The translations under genes and the position numbers were made by a program. A DNA stretch of 55,537 bases from an uncultured Planctomycetia bacterium (GTDB lineage: Bacteria > Omnitrophota > Gorgyraeia > JABMRG01): positions 1-55,537 of the forward strand of contig CAZWMG010000012.1 of the NCBI GenBank assembly GCA_964634945.1, given 5' to 3'. Every line of letters starts with the position of its first letter. Within the stretch, counting starts at the first letter, position 1. Of the stretch, positions 19,230 to 28,009 are shown in pieces. Below the pieces are notes generated by a model. That model did no database searches and was not told where the DNA came from. It saw only the letters and a program-made list of their open reading frames with translations.

Positions 19230-20300
19230 CTATAACCTCTTTTGCATCAAGAGATTTTCTAGTTCTTTTGGGTCGTTAGATCGTTGCAGAGCTACTGCTT
19301 CATCAATAATATTTTCATAGACAAGGTTTGCCAGGGAGCCATTGAGCGTAATCATCTTATCCGCGGAACCTGTCTGTATAGCTGTATAGACCTGATGCAC
19401 ATTATTTTCTCTGACAAGATGCCTTATAGCGTTGTTTACGCTCATGACTTCCGTCGCCAGAACAAGCGCGTCTTTACTTTTCATCGGAATAAGCTCTTGA
19501 ACTAACACGCCTACAAGTACAGAGCCTAACTGCATCCTGACCTGTTGCTGCTGCTGCGCCGGAAAGACATCTATTATACGATGAATAGCGTGTGCCGCAC
19601 TATGGGTATGCAAGGTAGCGAGTATAAGGTGCCCTGTCTCCGCTAATGTCAAGGCTGCCCTTATTGTGTCAAGGTCTCTCATCTCACCTATCATAATAAC
19701 GTCAGGAGTCTCCCTTAGAACATGCCTCAATGCTTCATAGAATGATACTGTATCACTTCCTACTTCACGCTGGTCTACGATAGATTTCTTGTGGGCATGC
19801 ACAAACTCTATAGGGTCCTCTATTGTAATAATATGACATTGGCGTTTTTCATTAATATGCTCTATCATACTTGAAAGTGTGGTTGATTTTCCGCTACCGG
19901 TTGGGCCTGTTACGAGTATAAGGCCGTTGGGCTTCTCTGCAAAATCTTGTACAATAGCAGGGAGGCCTAAATCCTTAAGCGTAGGGATATTGAATGGTAT
20001 GAGCCTTATAGCAACCCCTACCGAACCTCGTTGATAATAGGCATTTAGCCTGAATCGGCTTATCCCTTCAACACCAAAGGAGGCATCGAGCTCTTTATCA
20101 GTAGTAAACCGCTTGATCTGCTCTTCTGTTAACACAGAATAAAGCAGGCTCTCTATCTCTTCGTTTTTTAAGGGGGTCTGATATTTTATTGATTTTATTT
20201 CGCCGCTTAGACGCAGCATAGGGGGTGCGCCCGCGGCAAAGATCAGGTCTGAGGCCTTCATGCTATTCATCAATTCAAGCAATTGACGCAACTGTACCAT
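19230..20300 (-). CDS. pilT: type IV pilus retraction ATPase PilT family
   Basis: GPTGSGKST, TIEDPIE, GEMRD, His box TGHL..TLH and AIRHLVRE (AIRNLIRE-like). Confidence 0.88.
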   Translation of the reverse strand: MVQLRQLLELMNSMKASDLIFAAGAPPMLRLSGEIKSIKYQTPLKNEEIESLLYSVLTEEQIKRFTTDKELDASFGVEGISRFRLNAYYQRGSVGVAIRLIPFNIPTLKDLGLPAIVQDFAEKPNGLILVTGPTGSGKSTTLSSMIEHINEKRQCHIITIEDPIEFVHAHKKSIVDQREVGSDTVSFYEALRHVLRETPDVIMIGEMRDLDTIRAALTLAETGHLILATLHTHSAAHAIHRIIDVFPAQQQQQVRMQLGSVLVGVLVQELIPMKSKDALVLATEVMSVNNAIRHLVRENNVHQVYTAIQTGSADKMITLNGSLANLVYENIIDEAVALQRSNDPKELENLLMQKRL

Positions 20301-20334
20301 TTATTTATCCTCTTATGAAACTTAAGCAAATATA

Positions 20335-20925
20335 GAAGCAGGCGCTTATAAGCCGAGTTCTGTTAGTGACTCACAAGTTAGGCAACCCTTATAAATAATA
20401 AGTACCCTAACTTGCATGCCGGAATTAATACTTAAGGACGCGATAAATAAGAGCGTCCAGTGTATCCACTCCTTCGTCACCAGATGGCCATCTATCTAGC
20501 CCTGTCATTACTGACAGGGTCGTCTTCCTACTTAAAGGAAAGTAGCGACCTAACCCGCTCCGCTTACTGAGGAACGGATCATTCCTATGGCGGAGCCTAT
20601 TTGGTCTTGCACCACGTAGAGATTGCCGCGTTTCACATCACGATTAAATGCATCTGTAATATAAGAGAGATTGAGCCGCTAGGCTCATATGCTCCCATGG
20701 TAGAAACATTTATCGATACTCGTCTCTGTGGCTCTCATTTTCCCGTTTCACTACGAGAAAATGGCCTCAGGCGATAAAATTATCGCAAGAGACAATCCTC
20801 ATGAATTATTCCAAATTCATGGACGGGCATTACCCGCTACGTTATCCTATGGAGCCCGGACTTTCCTCCCCCATAGTTTTACTTCGTAAAGCTTAACATG
20901 GGGGCAGCCATCAAGCGCCTGCTTC
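20335..20925 (-). ncRNA. rnpB: RNase P RNA, unusually long (591 nt)
   Basis: P1 GAAGCAGGCGCTT...AAGCGCCTGCTTC, GAGGAAAGTCCGGGCTC, GCCACAGAGACGA, GCAAGACCAAATAGG, AGATAGATGGCCATC and ACAGAACTCGGCTTA. Confidence 0.95.
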
Positions 20926-21015
20926 AAAGAGCTGCTTAACCGTAATTCTTTCGATTAGGCTAAGGTTAATACGCACATAAAAGTCGTACACTTGTTAAGA
21001 ACCGATTCTAAAAAA

Positions 21016-21474
21016 CTACCTAGATTTCAATATAAATGACTTACCAATTTTTTTTCTACCGGCATCATCAATAGCTTTATTAGCAAGTTTATCAGCAGGC
21101 TTGTTATCTTCTCTGGGTATATTATTTATCCCTACCTGCTCAAAATCACTTAAAAGTTTTGTCACCTTTGCGTAAAGATCTTTAAGAACAGCATTCTTTA
21201 CCTTATACTCGCCACCCAACTGCTTAGCCACAAGCTCGCTGTCAGTATTAATTATAAGCTCTTTCGCCCCTAAACTGCTCGACTCTTGCATACCCGCTAT
21301 GAGGGCTGTATACTCAGCTACATTATTGGTAGCATGCCCTATAAATTTTTCTACATTTTTAATGACAAGTCCATTTTTATCGGTAATAACTACGCCTATA
21401 CCGGCTGGACCCGGATTACCGCGCGCCGCGCCATCTATATATATATGTAAGGTGCTATAATCAGGCTTTTTCAT
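21016..21474 (-). CDS. rnhA: ribonuclease HI family protein
   Basis: Motifs IDGAARGNPGPAG, TNNVAEY, TDSEL and N..ADKLAN. Confidence 0.9.
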   Translation of the reverse strand: MKKPDYSTLHIYIDGAARGNPGPAGIGVVITDKNGLVIKNVEKFIGHATNNVAEYTALIAGMQESSSLGAKELIINTDSELVAKQLGGEYKVKNAVLKDLYAKVTKLLSDFEQVGINNIPREDNKPADKLANKAIDDAGRKKIGKSFILKSR

Positions 21475-22192
21475 TTTTTATATAAAGTATGCGCTGGCAA
21501 TTCTCACAATAGATAACCTTTTCCTTCATGTTAATCTCATTTATAACCTGTGGAGGAAGCTGCATATAGCAACCACCACAATTATCATTTAAAACCTCTG
21601 CCATCGCCTGGCCGTCTTTTCCAACAAGAATGCGCTCGTATTCACTCAAAACCTTTTTCGCTATGAGCGGCGTAAGAGCGTCTCTTTTTTCCCTAAGCTC
21701 GATAATCGCCGCGTCTATATCTCTTACCTGTTTCTCTATCTCTCTTATCTGCGTATCTATACTTTTTGATTCTTCAGCAAATTTTTGCTTCTCTTTGTCA
21801 ATGCGGGTCTTTGCCTCGTCTATGCTATCCATCAACCCTATAATCTCTTCCTCCAAAAGTGAGTTATCCGCTTTATGGCTCTCTATCTCGCCGACCATAG
21901 TAGTATATTCTTTGTTGGTCTTTATAAGGTTGAGTTGGCCTTGTAGCTTCTTAACTTCTTCTTCCTTCGTACCTAGCAACATCTCTTTTTCTTTATGCTT
22001 GAGCTGAATGGCCTTAAGATTATCATCGGCATCTTTCATGCCGCATTGCTTCTGCCCAAGCGAATCCTTAAGATCGCTTATCTCTTGTGGCTTAAGTTCC
22101 TTTTCAGACTCCATCTTATATATCTGCGCATCAATCTCTTGGAGGCCTATCAAGAAATCTGTCTGTTTCGCTATATCTATATTTTCATCCAT
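21461..22192 (-). CDS. coiled-coil protein with C-terminal C4 zinc ribbon (CT398/HP0958-like)
   Basis: LQEID start, long coiled coil, CGGC...CENCQRIL; the usual neighbour of rnhA and rnpB. Confidence 0.88.
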   Translation of the reverse strand: MDENIDIAKQTDFLIGLQEIDAQIYKMESEKELKPQEISDLKDSLGQKQCGMKDADDNLKAIQLKHKEKEMLLGTKEEEVKKLQGQLNLIKTNKEYTTMVGEIESHKADNSLLEEEIIGLMDSIDEAKTRIDKEKQKFAEESKSIDTQIREIEKQVRDIDAAIIELREKRDALTPLIAKKVLSEYERILVGKDGQAMAEVLNDNCGGCYMQLPPQVINEINMKEKVIYCENCQRILYIKNEKA

Positions 22193-22201
22193 AATGTAAA
22201 A

Positions 22202-22229
22202 ATTATACCATAAGAATTTAAAAATACAA
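22202..22229 (-). promoter_or_regulatory. putative promoter of the zinc-ribbon/rnhA/rnpB unit
   Basis: TTGTAT-16 nt-TATAAT with extended TG; the ATG is 9 nt after the -10 box. Confidence 0.55.
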
Positions 22230-22252
22230 GTAAAATGAGCAGATAACTTATG

Positions 22253-22313
22253 CCTGCCTGCCGGCAGGCAAGGATCTAAACACTAGATTCTTCGGCTTAC
22301 GCCTCAGAATGAC
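22253..22313. repeat. CCTGCCTGCCGGCAGGCA palindrome abutting a REP-like arm (AGATTCTTCGGCTTACGCCTCAGAATGAC)
   Basis: Near-identical to the 20-mer at 28063-28082; the adjacent arm forms the hairpin attct-tc-ggc-ttac-gcc-tc-agaat. Confidence 0.65.
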
Positions 22314-22462
22314 ATGGAACGAAGACGACATAACTTATAGGCGCGAATTAACCCTGTACCGTATTTGCGGAGCAAATTCTGTTATCAGGGTAAGTGCTAA
22401 GTTTTTGTAAAAACGACATAATTCATATTCTGCACTACTATTATATATAACTCCTATTAAAG

Positions 22463-22510
22463 CAAGACCGGTTCTCAAGCACAACCGATCGTGCTCAAGA
22501 ACCGGTCTTG
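22463..22510. repeat. 48-bp palindromic repeat, copy 1
   Basis: caagaccggttctcaagcac-8 nt-gtgctcaagaaccggtcttg; second copy at 29435-29486. Confidence 0.85.
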
Positions 22511-22557
22511 ATGGCATTGATGGCATTATTCTAATAGCTTGCCATGAATCCGAGGTT

Positions 22558-22599
22558 TGCCCTGAACCATTCACTGCTTCGCAGTTCAGGTTCAGGGCA
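22558..22599. repeat. 42-bp hairpin element
   Basis: Outer stem tgccctgaacc...ggttcagggca with inner actgc-ttc-gcagt. Confidence 0.65.
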
Positions 22600-22604
22600 T
22601 AAGT

Positions 22605-22649
22605 CGTTTCTGCAAGTTAAGTCGCTTACACTCCTTAACTTGCGAAACG
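22605..22649. repeat. hairpin immediately 3' of tRNA-Met (REP-like or terminator)
   Basis: cgtttc(t)gcaagttaag-12 nt-cttaacttgcgaaacg. Confidence 0.6.
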
Positions 22650-22653
22650 CTAA

Positions 22654-22730
22654 TGGTAGCGGCGAGTGGACTTGAACCACTGACAACACGGGTATGAGCC
22701 GTGTGCTCTAACCAACTGAGCTACGCCGCC
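22654..22730 (-). tRNA. tRNA-Met (CAT), elongator type
   Basis: GGCGGCGTAGCTCAGTTGGTTAGAGCACACGGCTCATACCCGTGTTGTCAGTGGTTCAAGTCCACTCGCCGCTACCA: cloverleaf, CAT anticodon, encoded CCA; lacks the initiator C1:A72 and GGG/CCC features. Confidence 0.93.
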
Positions 22731-22766
22731 ACAGATTTGAACATTTACACTTGATTTTGATATGAA

Positions 22767-22795
22767 ATTATAACAGAAAAGTTTGCATGAAACAA
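22767..22795 (-). promoter_or_regulatory. putative tRNA promoter
   Basis: TTGTTT-17 nt-TATAAT with extended TG. Confidence 0.55.
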
Positions 22796-22801
22796 GTTAT
22801 T

Positions 22802-25800
22802 TTATTGTTTCTCATCGCCATTGCTGCTAGATTGTATCATGCTTGAATGATGCGTAAGCTTAAGCGCTATATCATCTACTATAGAATAGACACAAGGTAT
22901 TACGATAAGGGTTAAGAGCGTCGCGAATATGATGCCCCAGCATATAGCTAGCGCCATGGGCACCAGAAAGGGATCCTTCCCACCTATGCCATAGGCAACC
23001 GTGGATAAGCCACCTGCTGTTGTAACGGTAGTTAGGATAACCGGCCTTAGCCTTACCTGCCCTGCCCTTATAATAGAGTCATACCTGTTAGAACCTTCTC
23101 TTCTTAATTTGTTTATAAAACTTACCAGTACTATCGAATCATTTACAACGATACCATTAAGCCCGACAATACCCAATATAGCCAAAAATGACATAGGCAC
23201 GCCATGAGCTATAAAGGCTATAACAACACCTATTATGCCAAACGGAATCGCGAGCATAACAATAAAGGGCTGGATCAGTGACCTGAAAAAAGAAGCCAGT
23301 ATCAGATATATAACTAAGAAGGCGTAAAAGAATGCCTTAAGAAGGCTCGCCATCGACTTCATGGATTCCTCCTGCTCTCCGCCATACTTAATGGAATAAC
23401 CAAAATACTTATCTTTTAAATCAGTGAATTTCTCCTGCAGCATCTTATTGATCTTCACCGAGGTTATCTTATCTGTATCAAGATTAGAGGATGCGGTAAC
23501 TACCCGCTTTCCATCCAGATGATGTATGGTTGTCGTACCGGGTACCTTATCTATGCTAGCCACCTTTGTAAGCGGGATAAGCTTTCCATATTTATTTTGT
23601 ATGAATATGCTGTCAAAAACATCGTCCTTATTTGAGACCTCTTTTGAGAACATAATAGTAACATCCGTCTCTTCCTCTGCCTTTACAGGCTTTATCTGTG
23701 TAGCGATAATGCCCTCGAAAACCCCCCTTACTGTTTTTGCTATTCTAACAATCGAAAGGCCGGCAGCCTTTGCTTTATCATGATCAACCTTTATACGTAT
23801 CTCTTCTTTACCCGGCTTATGATCCCATGTTACATCGGTTGTTCCATCAATCGTCTTAAGGTAATCTATATACTCAAAGGCTATCTCATCGAGTGTATCA
23901 AAATCCTCGCCCCTTGCCTTGACCTCAACAGGCTTGCCTACAGGGGGACCCGCCTCAGGCTTATCCAGCCTAAAATCAGTAAAACCTTTAACATCTTTTG
24001 TCTTTTCCCGCAGTTCAGCTATTATCTGATCCGCGCTCCTTTTTCTATCCTGTTCAGGCTTGAGATAAATAGCTATTTGAACAAGATGGCTTGCCTTGCC
24101 GCCAAACGGATCATGGCGATCCTCTTGTATATTACCTACAGAGGTAACGAACGCGTCCATCTCTTTTTCGGAAATCTGTGCAACGATCTCTTCAACAGGC
24201 GCTATAAGCTCATTCGTCTTATCTAACGGCGTACCTATAGGAGCCTCTGCCCTTATGAAAAAATAGTTTATGCCGGCACTTGGAAATAAGACAAATTTTA
24301 ATGGCCCCTTACCGGAGAAAGAAAGCGCTACAACAGCGATAGATAGTATTGCCGCCATAAGAGTGCCTGTAAATACATACCATTTTTTCTTAACCGCGGT
24401 CTCAACTATTTTTGTATAAACAGATACGAGCCTTTTAAACCACGGCATCTCTTTTTTTAATCCCTGAGGCTTACCATCGGCACCTATTTTTACCTTTACA
24501 AAATCCGCCAAATGACTTGGCAGTATGATAAGGGCCTCACCTAATGACGCTATCAACGCTATTATAAGAACCGTGGGAATATTCCTTATAAATTTACCTA
24601 TTATTCCTGTCATAAATAGAAGAGGCGAAAACGCGGCAATAGTAGTAAATACAGCGGCTACTACCGCGCCCATCACATCCTCCGTGCCTTTTATAGCGGC
24701 TTCTCTGGGGGGGAAGCCCTCTTCCATATAACGATAGGCATTCTCCGCAACGATAATACCATCATCTACAAGCATGCCCAGCACTATTATCAATCCAAAC
24801 ATACTCATAAGATTGATAGTAATGCCCATGGCGCTCATTATAATAAATGTGGCAAGAAAGGCTATGGGTATACCCATGATAGTCACTATGGCGACACGAT
24901 ATTGTAAAAAAAGCATCATTATGGCTATAACTATCAGAAAGCTTACCCATCCATTGTTACCTAAAACATTGAGGCGCCTGCGGGCAAAATAAGAATAATC
25001 ATTAACATAAGATATTTTTAATGAATCGGGGCAGTTCTTTAAGAACTCATCACATTTTATCTTAATCGTATCTACTATGCTTAACGCGTCTCCGGACTCC
25101 TTCTTTGTGATCAAGAGATTTATAGAGCGGTCTCCAAATGTCTTATAGATAATATCCTCTTTTTTGAATAAATCCTTTACAACCGCTATATCCTTTATCC
25201 TCAACCAGTTTCCGGCGTCATTTGCCCTTATTATTATATCCTCAACCTCGGAAACGGTAGTAAACTCACCTGTAGTTCTCACGCTATATTCTGTAACATC
25301 TGTGTTAAACTCCCCTGCCGGTATGCTAACATTACGCGCGGCAAGGGCATCTTCAATCTCATCAAATGAGACATAAAACTCTCTGAGCTTATCAGGGTCG
25401 AGGTGAATCTGCACCTCGCGATCCCTGTATCCTGATTTAGTGGCCTTAGCAACTCCTGAAATATCCTCGAGCGTATCTTCTAATGCATCCGCGTAATAGC
25501 GCAGTTTAGATTCATCCATATCGCCTGAAAGTGATACCTCGATAATAGCGTACTGCTTACTATCTATCTCTGTCGTAATAGGATCTTCATATATATCCTT
25601 AGGCAGATCTTTCACCCTATCTACAGCATCTTTTATATCATTTACTACTTTTTTCTTATCTCTCTCATCAGGGTCTATCTCTACTGTTATATAAGACGCG
25701 CCCAAGGCCGAGGCGGAGGTTATCTCATCAATTCCGTCAACCTCCTTAAGCTCTTTCTCTATAGGAACTGTAATAAGTTTTTCTATATCAAGAGGTGTCG

Positions 25801-25960
25801 CGCCCGGATAAGCAGTGCTTATAGAAACCATATCAAAACTTACGTTGGGAAAGACCTCTCTATTCATGCCAAACATTACAAGCAGCCCTATTACAATAAG
25901 CATGGCAGAAACCAAATTAATAAATAATGATTGATTTACGCTAAATTTAGGAAGGCTCAT
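22802..25960 (-). CDS. RND efflux permease (AcrB/CzcA superfamily)
   Basis: 1052 aa; motifs REVFP, YPGA, GMLVDDGII.EN, GIVVNDSIV and RLRPVILTT. Confidence 0.93.
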   Translation of the reverse strand: MSLPKFSVNQSLFINLVSAMLIVIGLLVMFGMNREVFPNVSFDMVSISTAYPGATPLDIEKLITVPIEKELKEVDGIDEITSASALGASYITVEIDPDERDKKKVVNDIKDAVDRVKDLPKDIYEDPITTEIDSKQYAIIEVSLSGDMDESKLRYYADALEDTLEDISGVAKATKSGYRDREVQIHLDPDKLREFYVSFDEIEDALAARNVSIPAGEFNTDVTEYSVRTTGEFTTVSEVEDIIIRANDAGNWLRIKDIAVVKDLFKKEDIIYKTFGDRSINLLITKKESGDALSIVDTIKIKCDEFLKNCPDSLKISYVNDYSYFARRRLNVLGNNGWVSFLIVIAIMMLFLQYRVAIVTIMGIPIAFLATFIIMSAMGITINLMSMFGLIIVLGMLVDDGIIVAENAYRYMEEGFPPREAAIKGTEDVMGAVVAAVFTTIAAFSPLLFMTGIIGKFIRNIPTVLIIALIASLGEALIILPSHLADFVKVKIGADGKPQGLKKEMPWFKRLVSVYTKIVETAVKKKWYVFTGTLMAAILSIAVVALSFSGKGPLKFVLFPSAGINYFFIRAEAPIGTPLDKTNELIAPVEEIVAQISEKEMDAFVTSVGNIQEDRHDPFGGKASHLVQIAIYLKPEQDRKRSADQIIAELREKTKDVKGFTDFRLDKPEAGPPVGKPVEVKARGEDFDTLDEIAFEYIDYLKTIDGTTDVTWDHKPGKEEIRIKVDHDKAKAAGLSIVRIAKTVRGVFEGIIATQIKPVKAEEETDVTIMFSKEVSNKDDVFDSIFIQNKYGKLIPLTKVASIDKVPGTTTIHHLDGKRVVTASSNLDTDKITSVKINKMLQEKFTDLKDKYFGYSIKYGGEQEESMKSMASLLKAFFYAFLVIYLILASFFRSLIQPFIVMLAIPFGIIGVVIAFIAHGVPMSFLAILGIVGLNGIVVNDSIVLVSFINKLRREGSNRYDSIIRAGQVRLRPVILTTVTTAGGLSTVAYGIGGKDPFLVPMALAICWGIIFATLLTLIVIPCVYSIVDDIALKLTHHSSMIQSSSNGDEKQ

Positions 25961-27426
25961 AAACCGGCCTCATCAGTCTTTAATAGATTATTCATCGCTA
26001 CCTTTAAGGTGATTATAGCTGTCTGATAATTGTACATGGACCTTAAATACAAAAGCTCTGCCACAAAAAAGTCATTTTGATAACGCAGGAGCCTATCTGT
26101 ATCAGAACGGCCTCTGTTAAATCTCTGTTCTTCACCTAAATACTTTTTGTGTTCAAGCTCTGCTGCTTTTTTTAAGAGATTTACTGAATTGTACATCCGA
26201 TTCAGATGCACAAACGCGTCATTTACCTCTACAAAAATAACGCACTCTGTCTTTTTCAATGCGACAAGCGCCCTTGCCTTTTCAAGTTCTTTTTGCGAAT
26301 ATTCTGCCCTTGCCTGGCTGTTTTCCAAAGGAAAGCTAAAGACCACTTCCGCTATATATTCGGGCTGGTCCTTGCTCGTTATATCTTTTACAGAATCATT
26401 GAATTGCCGGTCAAGCCCGTTCTTTTTTAAGGTACCTTTTAAATCTATCTGCGGCCACATAGAACTCTTCTTAATCTCCAGGGAAAGGTCCATTGATCTT
26501 ACCCTATTCTTGTCTGCCTTATAATCTCTCCTGTTATTCAGAGCGGTAGTTATAACATCCGAAAATGTAGCGGTAAGCTTGCGATGCTCGAAATCATCGA
26601 CAGGATCTATTAAAACTCCCTTATCCAGGTTTAGTTTAAGCCTCATCAGGTTAAGGGCGCTATTAACCTTATCATTCGCGAACAATACATCATTCTCTTT
26701 CTGGTTAAGATCCGCTTCCACCGCATAGAACTCAGGTAGTTCTACCATGCCTATTTCATGCATCTTTTTATTGGCCGCAAAAAGATCCTTGGTGTTTTCC
26801 AGCATATTTTCCGTAAGCTCCAGATCTTTATAGGCTAAAACGAGATTCCAATAAGCTTCCTGAGAATCCGCTAACTCGGATTCTATCTTATCTAAAGAGA
26901 TATACCCTGTATTTTCTATATTGAGGCCTGTTATCTTTATTGTATTTCTATCTATTATACCTAAAAAGTTTCTTGCTAAAGGTTGCGTAATAGATATCGT
27001 AGCCGCTGATTCGTGGTAAGGGTTTAAGAGGCTGTAAGCCGAATCAGAACTATGACGTAGATGATCTACATCGAGTGAGAGGATAGTACCTGTCGGAAGT
27101 TTTTTGCTTATACCCACTTCTTGGGTAATTGTTGTTGTTCTGCTGGGGGCAAAAACAGACGGGTTATCAAGTCTATCCTCGTCATATTCATAAGAGGCAT
27201 CGAGGCTAGTATCATACACAGACTCTGCCTTGAGAAGGTCTTTTTCGCTAATGCGCTGGTCAAGCCTGTATATCAATATATCAAAGTTGTTCTTAAGCGC
27301 AAGTTTGGTCACCCTGTCTATGCCTAGTTCCATTTTATTTTCATCCTGAGCGCTCAAAGAGCAAACACCACTGCATAAAAAAAATACTAACAAGCATAAA
27401 CAGGTTGTCCGATGTAGTGTTTTCAT
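25957..27426 (-). CDS. TolC-family outer membrane efflux protein
   Basis: Signal peptide, ALKNN, AYWNL, ALNNRRD and WPQIDL repeats typical of OEP proteins. Confidence 0.88.
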   Translation of the reverse strand: MKTLHRTTCLCLLVFFLCSGVCSLSAQDENKMELGIDRVTKLALKNNFDILIYRLDQRISEKDLLKAESVYDTSLDASYEYDEDRLDNPSVFAPSRTTTITQEVGISKKLPTGTILSLDVDHLRHSSDSAYSLLNPYHESAATISITQPLARNFLGIIDRNTIKITGLNIENTGYISLDKIESELADSQEAYWNLVLAYKDLELTENMLENTKDLFAANKKMHEIGMVELPEFYAVEADLNQKENDVLFANDKVNSALNLMRLKLNLDKGVLIDPVDDFEHRKLTATFSDVITTALNNRRDYKADKNRVRSMDLSLEIKKSSMWPQIDLKGTLKKNGLDRQFNDSVKDITSKDQPEYIAEVVFSFPLENSQARAEYSQKELEKARALVALKKTECVIFVEVNDAFVHLNRMYNSVNLLKKAAELEHKKYLGEEQRFNRGRSDTDRLLRYQNDFFVAELLYLRSMYNYQTAIITLKVAMNNLLKTDEAGL

Positions 27427-27875
27427 TTCTTATCCTTAAGCCCGCTGTAAATCTTCTTGATCAAACCTAAATACAGTCGCTTCTCTTTTTCCGAAAGAAC
27501 CGAAAGTATCTCTCTTATCACAGCTAGGCGATCTTTACTTATTTTTGATACCAGGATCTTTCCATTTCCTGTAAGAGTAATCAATACAATTCTTCTATCC
27601 TCTGCGCAATGGTGCCTTTTTACCAGTTTAAGCTCTACCATCTTATCGATAATAGAAGTCGTCGCGCTCATGGTTAATTTAAGATTTTTAGCAAGCTCTG
27701 ACATATTAGAACTTTTTTTATCATTTAAGAGATTAAGTATAATGTAATGCGATACCGTAAGTTTGCCATCAAGGACTATAGAGTTGAGCTTATCTGCGAA
27801 CTTAGTATGCATGGCAGCCGCAAACCTTGCTATCTCCTTTTCGTAATAACCTTTCTTTATCTTGTCCATATCCAA
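27423..27875 (-). CDS. MarR-family transcriptional regulator
   Basis: MSELAKNL helix-turn-helix, LVKR...EDRR and LT..G. Confidence 0.92.
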   Translation of the reverse strand: MDMDKIKKGYYEKEIARFAAAMHTKFADKLNSIVLDGKLTVSHYIILNLLNDKKSSNMSELAKNLKLTMSATTSIIDKMVELKLVKRHHCAEDRRIVLITLTGNGKILVSKISKDRLAVIREILSVLSEKEKRLYLGLIKKIYSGLKDKK

Positions 27876-27898
27876 CCCTATTATATTTTATCTGCTAA

Positions 27899-27959
27899 AT
27901 AGTTTGACAATCGAAATATTTATTAAATGAAATATACACTATTCACGCGCTAAAGTCAA
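27899..27959 (-). promoter_or_regulatory. promoter of marR-tolC-RND with a putative MarR operator
   Basis: TTGACT-17 nt-TATATT; imperfect palindrome atagtttgacaatcgaaatat at 27899-27919 just downstream. Confidence 0.6.
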
Positions 27960-28009
27960 GAAAAAAAATATCGCAATCTCTTGCGCCTTTATTTTTTCTA
28001 TATCAGGGG

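Noticed and set aside
22410-22438. dif-like site (minus strand GTAGTGCAGAA-TATGAA-TTATGTCGTTT)
   Set aside because: Only TTATGT of the XerD arm matches, and gene orientation does not switch around it; too weak to call.
22250-22650. Possible CRISPR array among the palindromes
   Set aside because: No identical repeats at regular spacing and no cas genes.
22654-22730. tRNA-fMet or tRNA-Ile2 identity for the CAT tRNA
   Set aside because: No C1:A72 mismatch or GGG/CCC anticodon stem; the sequence resembles elongator Met tRNAs, though Ile2 cannot be fully excluded without a model search.
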